The position numbers and the translations under genes were made by a program. From Clostridia bacterium (GTDB lineage: Bacteria > Bacillota > Clostridia > Oscillospirales > CAG-272), in the NCBI GenBank assembly GCA_017408585.1, contig JAFQUJ010000017.1, positions 36,782 to 100,781 of the forward strand: DNA of 64,000 nt, written 5' to 3'. This document shows, piece after piece, positions 18,404 through 28,697 of the stretch. Each line of letters opens with the position of its first letter. Within the stretch, counting starts at the first letter, position 1. The notes under the pieces were generated by a model. The model made no database searches. It was not told where the DNA came from and worked only from the letters and a program-made list of their open reading frames with translations.

Positions 18404-21400
18404 ATGAAGCTATCACAAAAATATGTAGAGCTGTTTCTATCGGAGCTTAAGCTATACAGAAGGCTCACCGTCGCAGAGATGAACTACTACGCTCACCATC
18501 ACGACGAGCTTCTTATGGAGCTCAAGGAGCTACGCAAGCGTGCTAAGCTTGCGCGCGACAAGAAATGGTTAGAGGAGCAGGCTAGGCTCGAGGAAAAGAG
18601 GCTGGCGCGAGAGGAGGCGGAGCGTGCCGAGGCAGAGCGTCAAAGAATTCTCGAGGACGAGCGTGTTGAGAGCATAACCTGTATGGATTTGCCAACCGAT
18701 TTTGAGAACCTCTACACACAAGACGAAAATACAGAGCTTGAGCACACCGATAATGTCGGTGATGCGCTTATCAGCTCACTAAACAAGCTCGCAAGGGTTG
18801 ATATCGAATACATCTCAGCTATCACGGGGCTTGATTACAAGAGCGTTATTTTAGCGCTCAAGGGTGCGATTTATCAAAATCCGCAGAAGTGGAACGAGTG
18901 CTTCTATTTAGGCTGGGAAACGGCTGAGGAATATCTTAGTGGCTCTCTTCGTGAAAAGCTACAGGTTGCAATTGAGGCAAACGAGCGCTACAAGGGCTAC
19001 TTCTCCGACAATGTAAGAGCGCTTGAAAGGGTTATCCCATCAGGACTTAGCATAAATGATATATATGTAACTCTTGGCTCTCCGTGGCTACCCACTACTG
19101 TAATTGACGATTTTATAGTTTATTTGCTTGGCGATGTAAGCAATCGTTTTCCGGAGGGTGCTCTTAGATGCTATCACGACGAGGGTAGCGGAACATGGGA
19201 GATACCTGTCAAGAACAGATATACGGGTACAAGATACAATGGCAGATGCTTTGACACCTATGGCACGCGCGATTTGAATGCGCTGATTATCATTGAAAAA
19301 ACGCTAAATCAAGCGCCAATTGAGGTCTATGACGAATTTCCGTCAAGGACCAATCCGGGCAAGCTGGAAAAGCGCTTAAACGAGGGACGCACCTTCCGTG
19401 CGCTTGAAAAGCAAGAGGTCATTATCAAGGCGTTCAAGAGCTGGATTTGGACCTCGCCTGAGCGTCGAGCAGAGCTTGAAAGGATATATGAAACGAGGTA
19501 TTCCTCTAACAGAGTGCGTCATTTTGACGGCTCGTTTCTCACTTTACCGGGGCTTAGTCCTGACATAGAGCTTTATCCTTATCAAAGAAATGCGGTTGCT
19601 CGTATTCTCTTCACCCCTAACACTCTGCTTGCTCACGATGTTGGAAGCGGTAAAACCTACATTATGATTGCAAGCGCTATGGAGCTAAAAAGAACAGGCA
19701 TCTCCAAAAAGAACATATTTGTCGTTCCAAATAACCTGGTTGGTCAGTGGAAGGATATTTTCTTATCGATGTATCCCGAGGCTAAGCTCCTTTGCGTTGA
19801 GCCAAAGAGCTTTACTCCTAAAAAGCGTCTTGGTGTCTTAAAGCAGATGCGCGACGAGGAATTTGACGGAATTATTATTGCGTATAGCTCCTTTGAGCTT
19901 ATTCCATTTTCAAAGAAAGCACAAATCGAGGCGCTCGAGGCAGAGCTGGCAGAATACAACAAGGCAACAACCAATCTTTACACAGACCGCTATGCAAGGC
20001 AAAAGAAGGCGCTTGAAAAGAAAATAGCAGAGCTATACGAGAAAACAGAGCTATCCCTTGGCTCAATTTTCTTTGACGAGCTAGGTATAAGCACTATCTT
20101 CATTGACGAGGCGCACAACTATAAAAATGTGCCACTTCACACTCACACGGGCAGGGTTTTGGGAATTAGCTCCTCGGGTAGCACAAAGTGTCAGGATATA
20201 TTAAACAAGGTTCGCTATGTTCAAAGGACAAATGGCGGACGAGGCTGTGTTTTAGCGACAGGAACGCCCATTACAAACTCGATAACTGATGCGTTTATTA
20301 TGCAGAAATTTCTTCAAGATGGCGAGCTAAAGCTACTTGGACTTTCCAGCTTTGATGGCTGGATTGGTATGTTTGCCGAAAAGCACACGGACTTTGAAAT
20401 AGATGTCGATACAAGCTCGTATCGCTTGACCACTCGCTTTTCGAGATTTCACAACCTACCCGAGCTAACTAAGCTCCTTGCCAGCGTTGCCGACTTCCAT
20501 GTCGTTGACCAAAGCGATGGCGTTCCCTTGCTTGACGGATATACGGATTGCGTGTGCTCTCGCTCAAGCGAGTTTAAGGGCTATCTCAAGGTAATATCCG
20601 CTCGTGCTGAGGATGTGCGCTCACGCAGAGTTCCAAGAACGGAGGACAATATGCTTCTTATCACAACAGATGGTCGTAAGGCGGCGCTTGATATGCGTCT
20701 TATTGACGACACAATCGTGGTAAGTGGTCACTCCTCAAAGGCGCAGGCGTGCGCAGATAACGCCTTCGATATTTACAAGCGATATGAGCTTACGAAAAGC
20801 ACACAGCTTATATTCTGTGACTACTCTACCCCAAAGGCAACATTTAATCTCTATGACGAGATACGCACACTGCTTGTTGCTAAGGGCGTTCCCTATGACG
20901 AGATTGCGTTTGTTCATTCGGCGACAACACCCGCATCACGCGATAAGCTCTTTGAGGCAGTAAGGCGCGGAGAGATACGAATTTTGATTGGCTCTACCTT
21001 CAAGCTGGGGCTTGGCGTAAATGTTCAGGACAAGCTAATTGCAATCCATCACCTTGATGTTCCGTGGCGTCCTGCCGACATGACACAGCGTGAGGGCCGT
21101 ATTCTTCGTCAAGGAAATGAAAACGAGAGGGTTTTCATATTTAGATATATAACCAAGGGTAGCTTTGATGCGTATTCTTGGCAATTGCTTGAAACTAAGC
21201 AACGCTTTATCAGCTCTATTTTGTGTGGACACATGACAGAAAGAAGCGGAAGCGATGTGTGTGATACGGTGCTTTCATATGCCGAGGTAAAGGCGCTAGC
21301 TGTCGGAAATCCGCTTATCAAGAAAAGGGTTGAGATAGCAAACGAGCTTGACAGGCTATCAATTTTGAAGCGTGAGCGAGTTTTGCGCTTTGAGAGCTTA

Positions 21401-21910
21401 AAGCTAGAGCTTGAGGCTCTCCCATCTAAGATTGAGGCACAAGAGGTCATATTAGAGCGTGCAAGGCTTGACATGGCGTTTCTTGGCGAGCAAGAAGCTC
21501 CGCCCGAGCTTTCGCCCGACGAGCGTCGCGCATTTAGAGAGCGTCTTGAAATCGCTCTGCGCTCAAATACTCTTGCAAGCGAGGAAAGAGAGCTATTTGA
21601 GCATCGTGGCTTTATGCTTGTGCTGGGGGCAGGAATGAAGGCTGACGAGCCATTTATTTGGCTTACGCGCGAGGGCAAATACCACCTTGAGCTAGGCGAG
21701 GCCAGCCTTGGCTATTTACCTCGTATCAACAATTTCCTTGACAGCTTCAAAAAGCATCTTGAAAGGCTTGAGGAGGGCTACGAGGCGCTTATAAACAGGC
21801 GTCGAGATATTGAAATTGCACTTAGCGAGCGTGACGAGTACTCACAAAGAATAGAGGAGCTAAAAGCAGAGCTACAACAATTAGATAAGAAATTAGGAGT
21901 TACACAATGA
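18404..21910 (+). CDS. SNF2-related SF2 helicase (DarB/ICE methylase-helicase family) without a methyltransferase domain, 1168 aa
   Basis: LYPYQ, HDVGSGKT, DEAHNYKN, ATGTP, GLGVNVQ and QREGRILRQGN motifs; no NPPF/Y motif seen. Confidence 0.85.
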   Translation: MKLSQKYVELFLSELKLYRRLTVAEMNYYAHHHDELLMELKELRKRAKLARDKKWLEEQARLEEKRLAREEAERAEAERQRILEDERVESITCMDLPTDFENLYTQDENTELEHTDNVGDALISSLNKLARVDIEYISAITGLDYKSVILALKGAIYQNPQKWNECFYLGWETAEEYLSGSLREKLQVAIEANERYKGYFSDNVRALERVIPSGLSINDIYVTLGSPWLPTTVIDDFIVYLLGDVSNRFPEGALRCYHDEGSGTWEIPVKNRYTGTRYNGRCFDTYGTRDLNALIIIEKTLNQAPIEVYDEFPSRTNPGKLEKRLNEGRTFRALEKQEVIIKAFKSWIWTSPERRAELERIYETRYSSNRVRHFDGSFLTLPGLSPDIELYPYQRNAVARILFTPNTLLAHDVGSGKTYIMIASAMELKRTGISKKNIFVVPNNLVGQWKDIFLSMYPEAKLLCVEPKSFTPKKRLGVLKQMRDEEFDGIIIAYSSFELIPFSKKAQIEALEAELAEYNKATTNLYTDRYARQKKALEKKIAELYEKTELSLGSIFFDELGISTIFIDEAHNYKNVPLHTHTGRVLGISSSGSTKCQDILNKVRYVQRTNGGRGCVLATGTPITNSITDAFIMQKFLQDGELKLLGLSSFDGWIGMFAEKHTDFEIDVDTSSYRLTTRFSRFHNLPELTKLLASVADFHVVDQSDGVPLLDGYTDCVCSRSSEFKGYLKVISARAEDVRSRRVPRTEDNMLLITTDGRKAALDMRLIDDTIVVSGHSSKAQACADNAFDIYKRYELTKSTQLIFCDYSTPKATFNLYDEIRTLLVAKGVPYDEIAFVHSATTPASRDKLFEAVRRGEIRILIGSTFKLGLGVNVQDKLIAIHHLDVPWRPADMTQREGRILRQGNENERVFIFRYITKGSFDAYSWQLLETKQRFISSILCGHMTERSGSDVCDTVLSYAEVKALAVGNPLIKKRVEIANELDRLSILKRERVLRFESLKLELEALPSKIEAQEVILERARLDMAFLGEQEAPPELSPDERRAFRERLEIALRSNTLASEERELFEHRGFMLVLGAGMKADEPFIWLTREGKYHLELGEASLGYLPRINNFLDSFKKHLERLEEGYEALINRRRDIEIALSERDEYSQRIEELKAELQQLDKKLGVTQ

Positions 21911-23019
21911 AGGATTTTGGAAAAATAAACATTCCCATTTTGAGCGTTGACAAAACCGTTGAGGCTCTATCAAGCATATATATATCTGCTGTAATATCGG
22001 ACACCCCCTTTAAGAGCCTACCATCAATCATGCTCTGGGGTGCGCCCGGTATCGGTAAATCTCAGCTTGTGCGTGCTCTTGCCGAGGAAATTCAAGGCGG
22101 AACGGGCAAAAGGTGCGTTGTAACCGATGTGCGCTTGCTTTTGTTCAACCCGATTGACCTTCGTGGCATTCCAACCGCAAGCGCCGACAAGACCCTTGCG
22201 GTTTGGCTAAAGCCAAAGATATTCCAAATGGACGAAAGCGACGAGGTTGTAAACATTCTGTTCCTTGATGAGATTTCGGCTGCACCTCAATCGGTTCAAG
22301 CGGCGGCATACCAAATCACGCTTGACAGAATTATAGGTGAGCATTCTCTGCCCGACAACTGCATAGTTATTGCGGCAGGAAACAGAGTAACAGACAAGAG
22401 CGTTGCGTACAAGATGCCTCGTGCGCTTGCCAACCGTCTTTGCCACATTGAAATTGAGGCGAATTTTGATTCATGGCTTCGTTGGGCTGTATCACACGAA
22501 ATTTCACCAAAGATTGTCGGTTTTTTATCGTTTAGGCACGATATGCTTCTGGAAAATGATGCGTCAAGCGACAATCAAGCATTTCCAACTCCTCGTTCAT
22601 GGGAGATGGTAAGCAATCTATTAAAGGTTTCGGGTGATGACCCAAGCGCAATTTATCCACTTATATCGGGCTGTGTAGGTGGTGGCGTTGCAACTGAATT
22701 CTGCTCCTGGTGCAGAGTCTTTTCAAGGCTTCCAAAAATAGAGGATGTATTCACGGGACGCTACACAGAAATCCCCTCAGAAACAGATGTGCTTTATGCG
22801 CTGATTTCCTCGATGACCTCATATGTAAGGGAGCATCAAAATGATATAAGAGGAATTGAGCTTTCTATTCAATACGCTATGAGGCTTCCCGCCGACTTCT
22901 CTGTTGTTCTGCTTAAAAACTACATGGCAATAAACGAGGATTTCAAGCGATATCTTATGACCATTCCAAGCTTCACAAGATGGCTTAGCTCAAAGGGGAG
23001 ATACCTAAATGGCAATTGA
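21907..23019 (+). CDS. MoxR-like AAA+ ATPase, 370 aa
   Basis: GAPGIGKS, LFLDE, AAGN, ALANR and TPRSW motifs; ATGA overlap with the helicase. Confidence 0.88.
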   Translation: MKDFGKINIPILSVDKTVEALSSIYISAVISDTPFKSLPSIMLWGAPGIGKSQLVRALAEEIQGGTGKRCVVTDVRLLLFNPIDLRGIPTASADKTLAVWLKPKIFQMDESDEVVNILFLDEISAAPQSVQAAAYQITLDRIIGEHSLPDNCIVIAAGNRVTDKSVAYKMPRALANRLCHIEIEANFDSWLRWAVSHEISPKIVGFLSFRHDMLLENDASSDNQAFPTPRSWEMVSNLLKVSGDDPSAIYPLISGCVGGGVATEFCSWCRVFSRLPKIEDVFTGRYTEIPSETDVLYALISSMTSYVREHQNDIRGIELSIQYAMRLPADFSVVLLKNYMAINEDFKRYLMTIPSFTRWLSSKGRYLNGN

Positions 23020-24301
23020 TATGACAAGGGCTCGTGCCTGCGCTAACAGGCTTTTGATGTCGAGGCTTCGCATTCTTGGAAATCACGGCTTTTACGGACT
23101 TCTTTTGTCGCATATTACCTTCGCTCTTGACGAGAGCCTGGATACTGCGGCAACTGATGCGAAAAAAATCTACTTTTCGCCCGATTTTCTTGATAAGCTC
23201 TCCGACTCGGAGCTTGATTTTATTATGATGCACGAAATTATGCATGTGGTGCTTCAGCATTGCTTTCGTGATGGGGATAGAAACCCCGATGCGTTTAATA
23301 TCGCGTGTGACATTGTCGTAAATTCAAACATTTTAAAGAGCCTAGGTGGCAATTTAAGCAGTATTACTGTTAGGTGCGCCGGTGGTGAGTCGATGCATCT
23401 AGCTCCCGATGGCAAGGAGGGGCATCTATACACAGCCGAGGAGGTTTATGAGATGCTCCCCGATTCAATTAAAAATCAGCGTCCCAAGAGTGGCTCAGGC
23501 GAGGGTGACGGGGACAGTCAGGACAATTCCTCGGGCAATCCGCAGAGTCGTGGCTCTGCCTCGACGAGTGGCAAGCTAAAGCCACTTGATGACCATTCAA
23601 GATGGGGAACGGGCGAAATTGACAACGAAATAGTTGACCTTTGGGCAGGGCATCTGGAGGATGCGATTAAGGTTATCACCATAACAGAGCCCTCTAACAC
23701 ATGGGGCAACATTCCCGCCTTTGCACAAAGAATGCTACGCGAGCGAAGCGAGGGACAAACGAATTGGCGCGAGGTGCTAAGCAACTTCGTTCAAGAGGAG
23801 ATAAACGATTATTCCTTCTCTCCACCCGACAGGCGCTTTGGAGAATTCGATTTCTTCTTGCCCGATTACAACGAAACGGACGAGAGCGTAAAGGATATTT
23901 TATTTATGATAGATACCTCGGGCTCAATGACTGACCAAATGATAACTGATGCCTTTAACGAGGTGCGTGGAGCTATACTCCAATTTAACGGACGCCTCGA
24001 AGCGCATCTTGGCTTCTTTGATGCTACTGTCGTCGAACCTGTCACTCCGTTTTCGAGCATTGACGAGCTTGACATTATTCGTCCTATTGGTGGCGGTGGC
24101 ACGAATTTCCACTGTGTTTTCCATTATGTGCGCTCAAAAATGGACACTCTCCCCTCTAGTATTATAATTTTGACTGATGGCTACGCTCCGTTTCCACAAA
24201 AGCAGGATGCTATGGACATTCCTGTGCTTTGGGTTATCAACAATGAAGAGGTTGACCCACCGTGGGGCAAGGTTATAAGAATTAAGGACATCTCAAAATA
24301 A
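23009..24301 (+). CDS. Putative metallopeptidase (HExxH) + vWA domain protein (DUF2201-type)
   Basis: TAATD, HEIMH, NIACD; MIDAS DTSGS, GGGGT and LTDG. Confidence 0.85.
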   Translation: MAIDMTRARACANRLLMSRLRILGNHGFYGLLLSHITFALDESLDTAATDAKKIYFSPDFLDKLSDSELDFIMMHEIMHVVLQHCFRDGDRNPDAFNIACDIVVNSNILKSLGGNLSSITVRCAGGESMHLAPDGKEGHLYTAEEVYEMLPDSIKNQRPKSGSGEGDGDSQDNSSGNPQSRGSASTSGKLKPLDDHSRWGTGEIDNEIVDLWAGHLEDAIKVITITEPSNTWGNIPAFAQRMLRERSEGQTNWREVLSNFVQEEINDYSFSPPDRRFGEFDFFLPDYNETDESVKDILFMIDTSGSMTDQMITDAFNEVRGAILQFNGRLEAHLGFFDATVVEPVTPFSSIDELDIIRPIGGGGTNFHCVFHYVRSKMDTLPSSIIILTDGYAPFPQKQDAMDIPVLWVINNEEVDPPWGKVIRIKDISK

Positions 24302-24306
24302 AGCAA

Positions 24307-24332
24307 AAAATCTCGACATGTGTCGAGATTTT
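24307..24332. terminator. Bidirectional intrinsic terminator
   Basis: AAAATCTCGACA-TG-TGTCGAGATTTT between convergent genes. Confidence 0.75.
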
Positions 24333-24363
24333 CGCTTTTTGGGCTTTTATTTATGAATTGAGC

Positions 24364-25623
24364 TTAGGCAATATCAACCTTAACTATGCTATGCTCTGAG
24401 CGAATTCTTGCAATATCCGAGGCAAGAAGTGTTTTCCTTTCAAGGAGCTCTCTTGCAACTGCCTCGTAGAAGCCCCTGTTTTTGCAAAGCATTTCCTTTG
24501 CCTTGAACAAATATTCGTCAAGCTTTGCTCTTGTAAGTAGCTCACTTTCGTGCTGACTGCGCTCCGAGGTATCACTATATCCACATCCGAGAACATGGTT
24601 GCCCATAGTTCCGCTATCCGTTATTGCGTCCTTTATATGAGCTTGCGCTCTATACAAATCGTTTTGCGCTCCACTTGCGACTCTGCCTAAGGTAAGCTCC
24701 GCTCCTGCCTTGCCACCGAGAATAGTCAAGATTATGTGTGCTCGTCTTCTGTGCTCCTTGCATTTACGGACAAATCCTATTCTGTCCGAGCCACAAAGGG
24801 CAGAAATTGAAACCATTCCGACGCTTCCCTCCAAAATAAGCTCCGATATTACTGCGTGTCCCGCCTCGTGATAGGCTACCTCGGTTAGTTCGTCCTCAGT
24901 TAGCTCGTTAAGGCTTCTTATATGATAGTTTTCGCGTAGGGTTGCCATTACAAGATGACGCATTTCGACCTTGTCGCATCTTTCATATGCTGCGTAAACT
25001 GCGGCATCGTTAATTGTCGCCTCAAGTGTTGCACAGGAATCGCCTGCAAGCATTTTTGCAACATCGTCAATATTTACATCTGCGACAATCGGCTTGCCCT
25101 TAAGATAATGCTCTATTATCTTCGTTGCATCGTCTATGCTCGGCGCTTCAACAACAATTCGTCTATCAAAGCGACCACTTCTTATAAGTGATTTTGGGAT
25201 ATCTCCGAGATCATTTGCGGTGGCAATTATAAACACATCATCGCACTTAACCTTATCAATCCACGCTTGAACTGCCGATAGCTCCTCTTGACTTCCGTCT
25301 TGACAGGGGAACTTGTCAAGGTCGTCGAGAAGTATGATTGACGGGGCGTTTTGCTGTGCCTCGGTAAAGACTCTTTCTATCTCTCTTATAAAGTCCCCGT
25401 CGCCCTTTGTTCTGCGTAGAATATATGAATTTATGCCACACGCCTCAATCAAGGTATGCGCCATAAGTGATTTGCCAAGTCCGGGTGCGCCATTTATCAA
25501 AATTCCGTTGGGCATATTTGCGCCCATTTTCTTGTAAATGTCACGATTTTGCACGATGTCGCAGATTTGCTTTAATTCGTCCTTAATTTTCTCATAGCCA
25601 ATAATTTTTTCAAATGCTTTCAT
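24364..25623 (-). CDS. Soluble FtsH-like AAA+ / peptidase M41 protein with no membrane anchor, 419 aa
   Basis: ATG 25623 with AGGAG RBS; GAPGLGKS, LLDDLD, LIRSGRFD, AYHEAGH and GAQND. Confidence 0.85.
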   Translation of the reverse strand: MKAFEKIIGYEKIKDELKQICDIVQNRDIYKKMGANMPNGILINGAPGLGKSLMAHTLIEACGINSYILRRTKGDGDFIREIERVFTEAQQNAPSIILLDDLDKFPCQDGSQEELSAVQAWIDKVKCDDVFIIATANDLGDIPKSLIRSGRFDRRIVVEAPSIDDATKIIEHYLKGKPIVADVNIDDVAKMLAGDSCATLEATINDAAVYAAYERCDKVEMRHLVMATLRENYHIRSLNELTEDELTEVAYHEAGHAVISELILEGSVGMVSISALCGSDRIGFVRKCKEHRRRAHIILTILGGKAGAELTLGRVASGAQNDLYRAQAHIKDAITDSGTMGNHVLGCGYSDTSERSQHESELLTRAKLDEYLFKAKEMLCKNRGFYEAVARELLERKTLLASDIARIRSEHSIVKVDIA

Positions 25624-25662
25624 TTTCTTTTCTCCTGTTCGTTTTGGTTTTGGTGTACTAAT

Positions 25663-25820
25663 ATTGTACCATTTCTTATGTGCTAAAAATGGCACATAAA
25701 TGACGGTGGCGCGATTTTTTTCGTAATTACGATTTTCAAGGAGAAATCGCTTATCTCCCTCAGCTGTTTTTTGATTGTAGCACAGCATAGGGTCAAAAGT
25801 CTACTACATTTTGGGACTTT
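25663..25820 (-). promoter_or_regulatory. Tandem promoters mirroring those at 18264-18371
   Basis: Minus strand: GTCCCAAA...TGcTACAAT (25817-25774); TGTGCCATTTTTAGCACA (25696-25679), 10 nt, TACAAT (25668-25663). Confidence 0.6.
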
Positions 25821-25922
25821 TTTTCGCCACAGGGTATCTTGTCATATTTTTGCGACACCAAGGGCGATTTTGAGAGGTTTTTTGAAAATTTTTTATCAAA
25901 AATCGCACACAGGGTATCAAAA

Positions 25923-25967
25923 AAGTGAGTAGCTCTGCTCTTTTACAAGAGCATTACTTACTCACTT
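25923..25967. terminator. Long hairpin, probable terminator of the DUF4886-like gene
   Basis: AAGTGAGTA...TGCTCTT-TTAC-AAGAGCA...TACTCACTT. Confidence 0.55.
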
Positions 25968-26009
25968 ATTTTTATTAATTTTTTGACTATAATAATTTAT
26001 ATTAGAAAA

Positions 26010-26714
26010 TCAAAGCGCCTTTAGCTTTTCGATAATAGCGGGGTCTGTGCCCTCGGGTGCGAAGGCTACTGTTTTTTTGCTCTTGCCCGTAAAGAACTCG
26101 TACATTGTAAGTCCGGCAAGGTATCTGCCATAATCAAGTGACAGATGGAAGCCATCACGATTTATTGACACTCCACCCTTCTCCTCGTTAAATTCGTCAA
26201 GCGCACGCGCCCTTTGAATTGAGGTTGCGTTATCAATTATCGGCAAGGAATATTTTGATGTGATTTTACTTGTCGCCTCGACGATTTTTTCGTACATTAA
26301 ATTTGTATCTCTATTATAGTATGGGAAGCCACCATGGTTTGATTTTGGGTCGTATGACCATGTTCTGTGGAACACAATTTTAGCATTTGGGCAAGCGCTC
26401 TTGATGTAGTCTATTACATATTTAATAAAAGGCTCATATGTCCATTCAATTCCGGAAAAATGGCTTACCTGTTGGATTGTGATAAAGTCCCATTGCGCAA
26501 GAGTTAGCGCCTCGTTTATTGATTTCATTTCGAGCGCCTCGCCATCAAGCTGATACTCATAATATGCATTGTTTTCCTTGATATTGTTCATGTGCGTTTC
26601 AAGTGAGCAACCACCAATATAGAGATTACGCACATAGATTTCGTCATTTGAGATTTGTCTTAGGTATCTTGTTGCGTCCTGTGAAAAGCTGTTTCCAATA
26701 CATAATACATTCAT
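26010..26714 (-). CDS. SGNH/GDSL-like hydrolase (DUF4886-type)
   Basis: IGNSFS, LYIGGCSL and RDGFH motifs. Confidence 0.8.
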   Translation of the reverse strand: MNVLCIGNSFSQDATRYLRQISNDEIYVRNLYIGGCSLETHMNNIKENNAYYEYQLDGEALEMKSINEALTLAQWDFITIQQVSHFSGIEWTYEPFIKYVIDYIKSACPNAKIVFHRTWSYDPKSNHGGFPYYNRDTNLMYEKIVEATSKITSKYSLPIIDNATSIQRARALDEFNEEKGGVSINRDGFHLSLDYGRYLAGLTMYEFFTGKSKKTVAFAPEGTDPAIIEKLKAL

Positions 26715-26947
26715 TTTTCAAGCCCTCTTTTCGTCTTTTATAGCTATATTTTATCACTCCATTGGGCGTTTTTCAAGCCTTAGACGCAAAAATCACGCCT
26801 TGTCTTGATTTTTTGTTTTTCCTTTTAATATATGTGTATTATTGCTCATTTTTGGCAATACTTTAACAAAAGAGCTATGTCACAGCTAGGCGTATTTAAC
26901 GGTATAAATTATGGTTGTGTCAGAGCCTAAACAAAAACGAGGTACTT

Positions 26948-28579
26948 ATGATAAAATTCAAGGGCAAGGGCGCGTATGGCGCTATCGCAATCGGTAGGGC
27001 AAAAATCCTGAAGGGATACAGCACGAGGGTTAAGCGCATCAAGGTAGCAAGCGTTGAGGGCGAGCTATTACGCCTTAATGATGCCAAGGCACTAGCGCGC
27101 GAGCAGTTAAATGAGATTTATAACAGGGCAAGGGCCGAGGTAGGCGACGAGAGCGCGCAAATTTTCCAAATACATCTAATGATGCTTGATGACGAGGATT
27201 TTTGCGAGCTTATAGCCAACACCATTTGCACAGAGGGGGTAAACGCCGAGTGGGCGGTGAGTGTGGCAAGGGAGCGCTTTTCTGCTCTTTTTTCGTCGAT
27301 GGACGATCCCTATATGAGAGCGAGAGCAAGCGATATCGAGGACATTTCAAGACGGTTAATTCAATGCCTTGAAAATGGTGCGAGTGGTGAAAAAATAAGC
27401 GAGAAATCAATCATTTGCGCAAGCGATTTGTCACCTAGCGAAACGATTTTGCTAGGCAAGGACACTATTCTCGGCTTCGCTACTGCGCTCGGTTCAGAGA
27501 GCTCTCATACTGCCATTTTAGCGCGCAATATGGCAATTCCCGCAGTTGTTTCGCTAGGTGACAGATTTTTGTCCTGTGTTAGCGATGGCGATTTGCTTTG
27601 CGTTGATGGCTATACGGGCGAGGTCATTATAAATCCCGACCCAAAAACGCTTGAGGCTCTCAAGGTGCGACAGAGTGAGGACATGGCGGTGCGAGCGCTT
27701 TTAGAGGAACTACGAGGGCTTGACAGCGTAAGCCTAGATGGCACAAGGGTCAAGCTTTTTGCCAATGTTGGAAGCGTGCGTGAGGTCGAGGAGGCGATTA
27801 AAAACGATGCCGAGGGAATAGGGCTTTTCAGAAGCGAGTTTTTGTATCTTGGACGCGACTCTCTTCCTAGTGAGGACGAGCAATTCGAGGCTTACAGGGG
27901 AGCGCTTTTGGCGTCGAACGGGCGTCTTACCATAATACGCACGCTCGATATCGGAGCTGACAAAAGAGCGCCATATCTTGACCTTCCCAAAGAGGAAAAT
28001 CCTGCGCTTGGGCTTCGCGCAATACGAATTTGCCTTCGCTATCCCGAGATTTTTAGGTGTCAGCTACGCGCGCTTCTGCGTGCAAGCGTTCACGGGCGAC
28101 TTGGCATTATGTTTCCTATGATAACGAGCAAGGACGAGCTTGAAATGAGCCTAGATATATACAATGATGTAAAAAGGGAGCTTTTAGAGAGTGGCGTGAG
28201 CGTGTCCAATAATATCGAGCTGGGAATTATGATAGAAACTCCGGCGTCGGCGCTAATTAGCGAGGAGCTAGCCCCGTTAGTTGACTTTTTCAGCGTTGGC
28301 ACAAATGACTTAACGCAATATACGCTTGCGTGTGACAGGCAAAGCTCCTCTCTTGATGATTTTTGCGACACTCATCACGAGGCGATATTTAAGCTGATTG
28401 AGATGGCGACAAGGAGCATTCACGAAAATGGTGGGTGGATAGGAATTTGTGGGGAGCTGGGGGGTGACCTTTCGCTTACTGAGCGATTTTTAAGAATTGG
28501 AATTGACGAGCTTTCCGTACCCTCCAGCTATATTTTAAAGCTTCGTGACAGGATAAGAAAAATAGACCTTTCTAAATAA
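26948..28579 (+). CDS. ptsI: Phosphoenolpyruvate-protein phosphotransferase (PTS enzyme I)
   Basis: SHTAILAR, GIGLFRSEFL, RTLDIGADK, GTNDLTQY and ICGE; ATG 26948 with GAGGT RBS. Confidence 0.95.
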   Translation: MIKFKGKGAYGAIAIGRAKILKGYSTRVKRIKVASVEGELLRLNDAKALAREQLNEIYNRARAEVGDESAQIFQIHLMMLDDEDFCELIANTICTEGVNAEWAVSVARERFSALFSSMDDPYMRARASDIEDISRRLIQCLENGASGEKISEKSIICASDLSPSETILLGKDTILGFATALGSESSHTAILARNMAIPAVVSLGDRFLSCVSDGDLLCVDGYTGEVIINPDPKTLEALKVRQSEDMAVRALLEELRGLDSVSLDGTRVKLFANVGSVREVEEAIKNDAEGIGLFRSEFLYLGRDSLPSEDEQFEAYRGALLASNGRLTIIRTLDIGADKRAPYLDLPKEENPALGLRAIRICLRYPEIFRCQLRALLRASVHGRLGIMFPMITSKDELEMSLDIYNDVKRELLESGVSVSNNIELGIMIETPASALISEELAPLVDFFSVGTNDLTQYTLACDRQSSSLDDFCDTHHEAIFKLIEMATRSIHENGGWIGICGELGGDLSLTERFLRIGIDELSVPSSYILKLRDRIRKIDLSK

Positions 28580-28631
28580 TTTATTTGCTTTAATTAAATA
28601 TATGTTAATATGTTCATATATTTTATTAAAT

Positions 28632-28659
28632 AAAAAATCCGCTTGTTAAGCGGATTTTT
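28632..28659. terminator. Bidirectional intrinsic terminator
   Basis: AAAAAATCCGCTT-GT-TAAGCGGATTTTT. Confidence 0.75.
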
Positions 28660-28697
28660 CTTGTTTTTTGGTTTTTATATATGAGCGATAACTCATA

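Noticed and set aside
18404-21910. Conjugative element or prophage implied by the DarB-like helicase
   Set aside because: No integrase, relaxase, T4SS, phage structural genes or att-like repeats seen in the window
25624-25788. 55-aa N-terminal extension of the FtsH-like ORF (similar upstream extensions at 16592, 26915, 38819, 41696 and 10348)
   Set aside because: The extensions overlap promoters, repeats or upstream genes; downstream ATGs have clear RBSs
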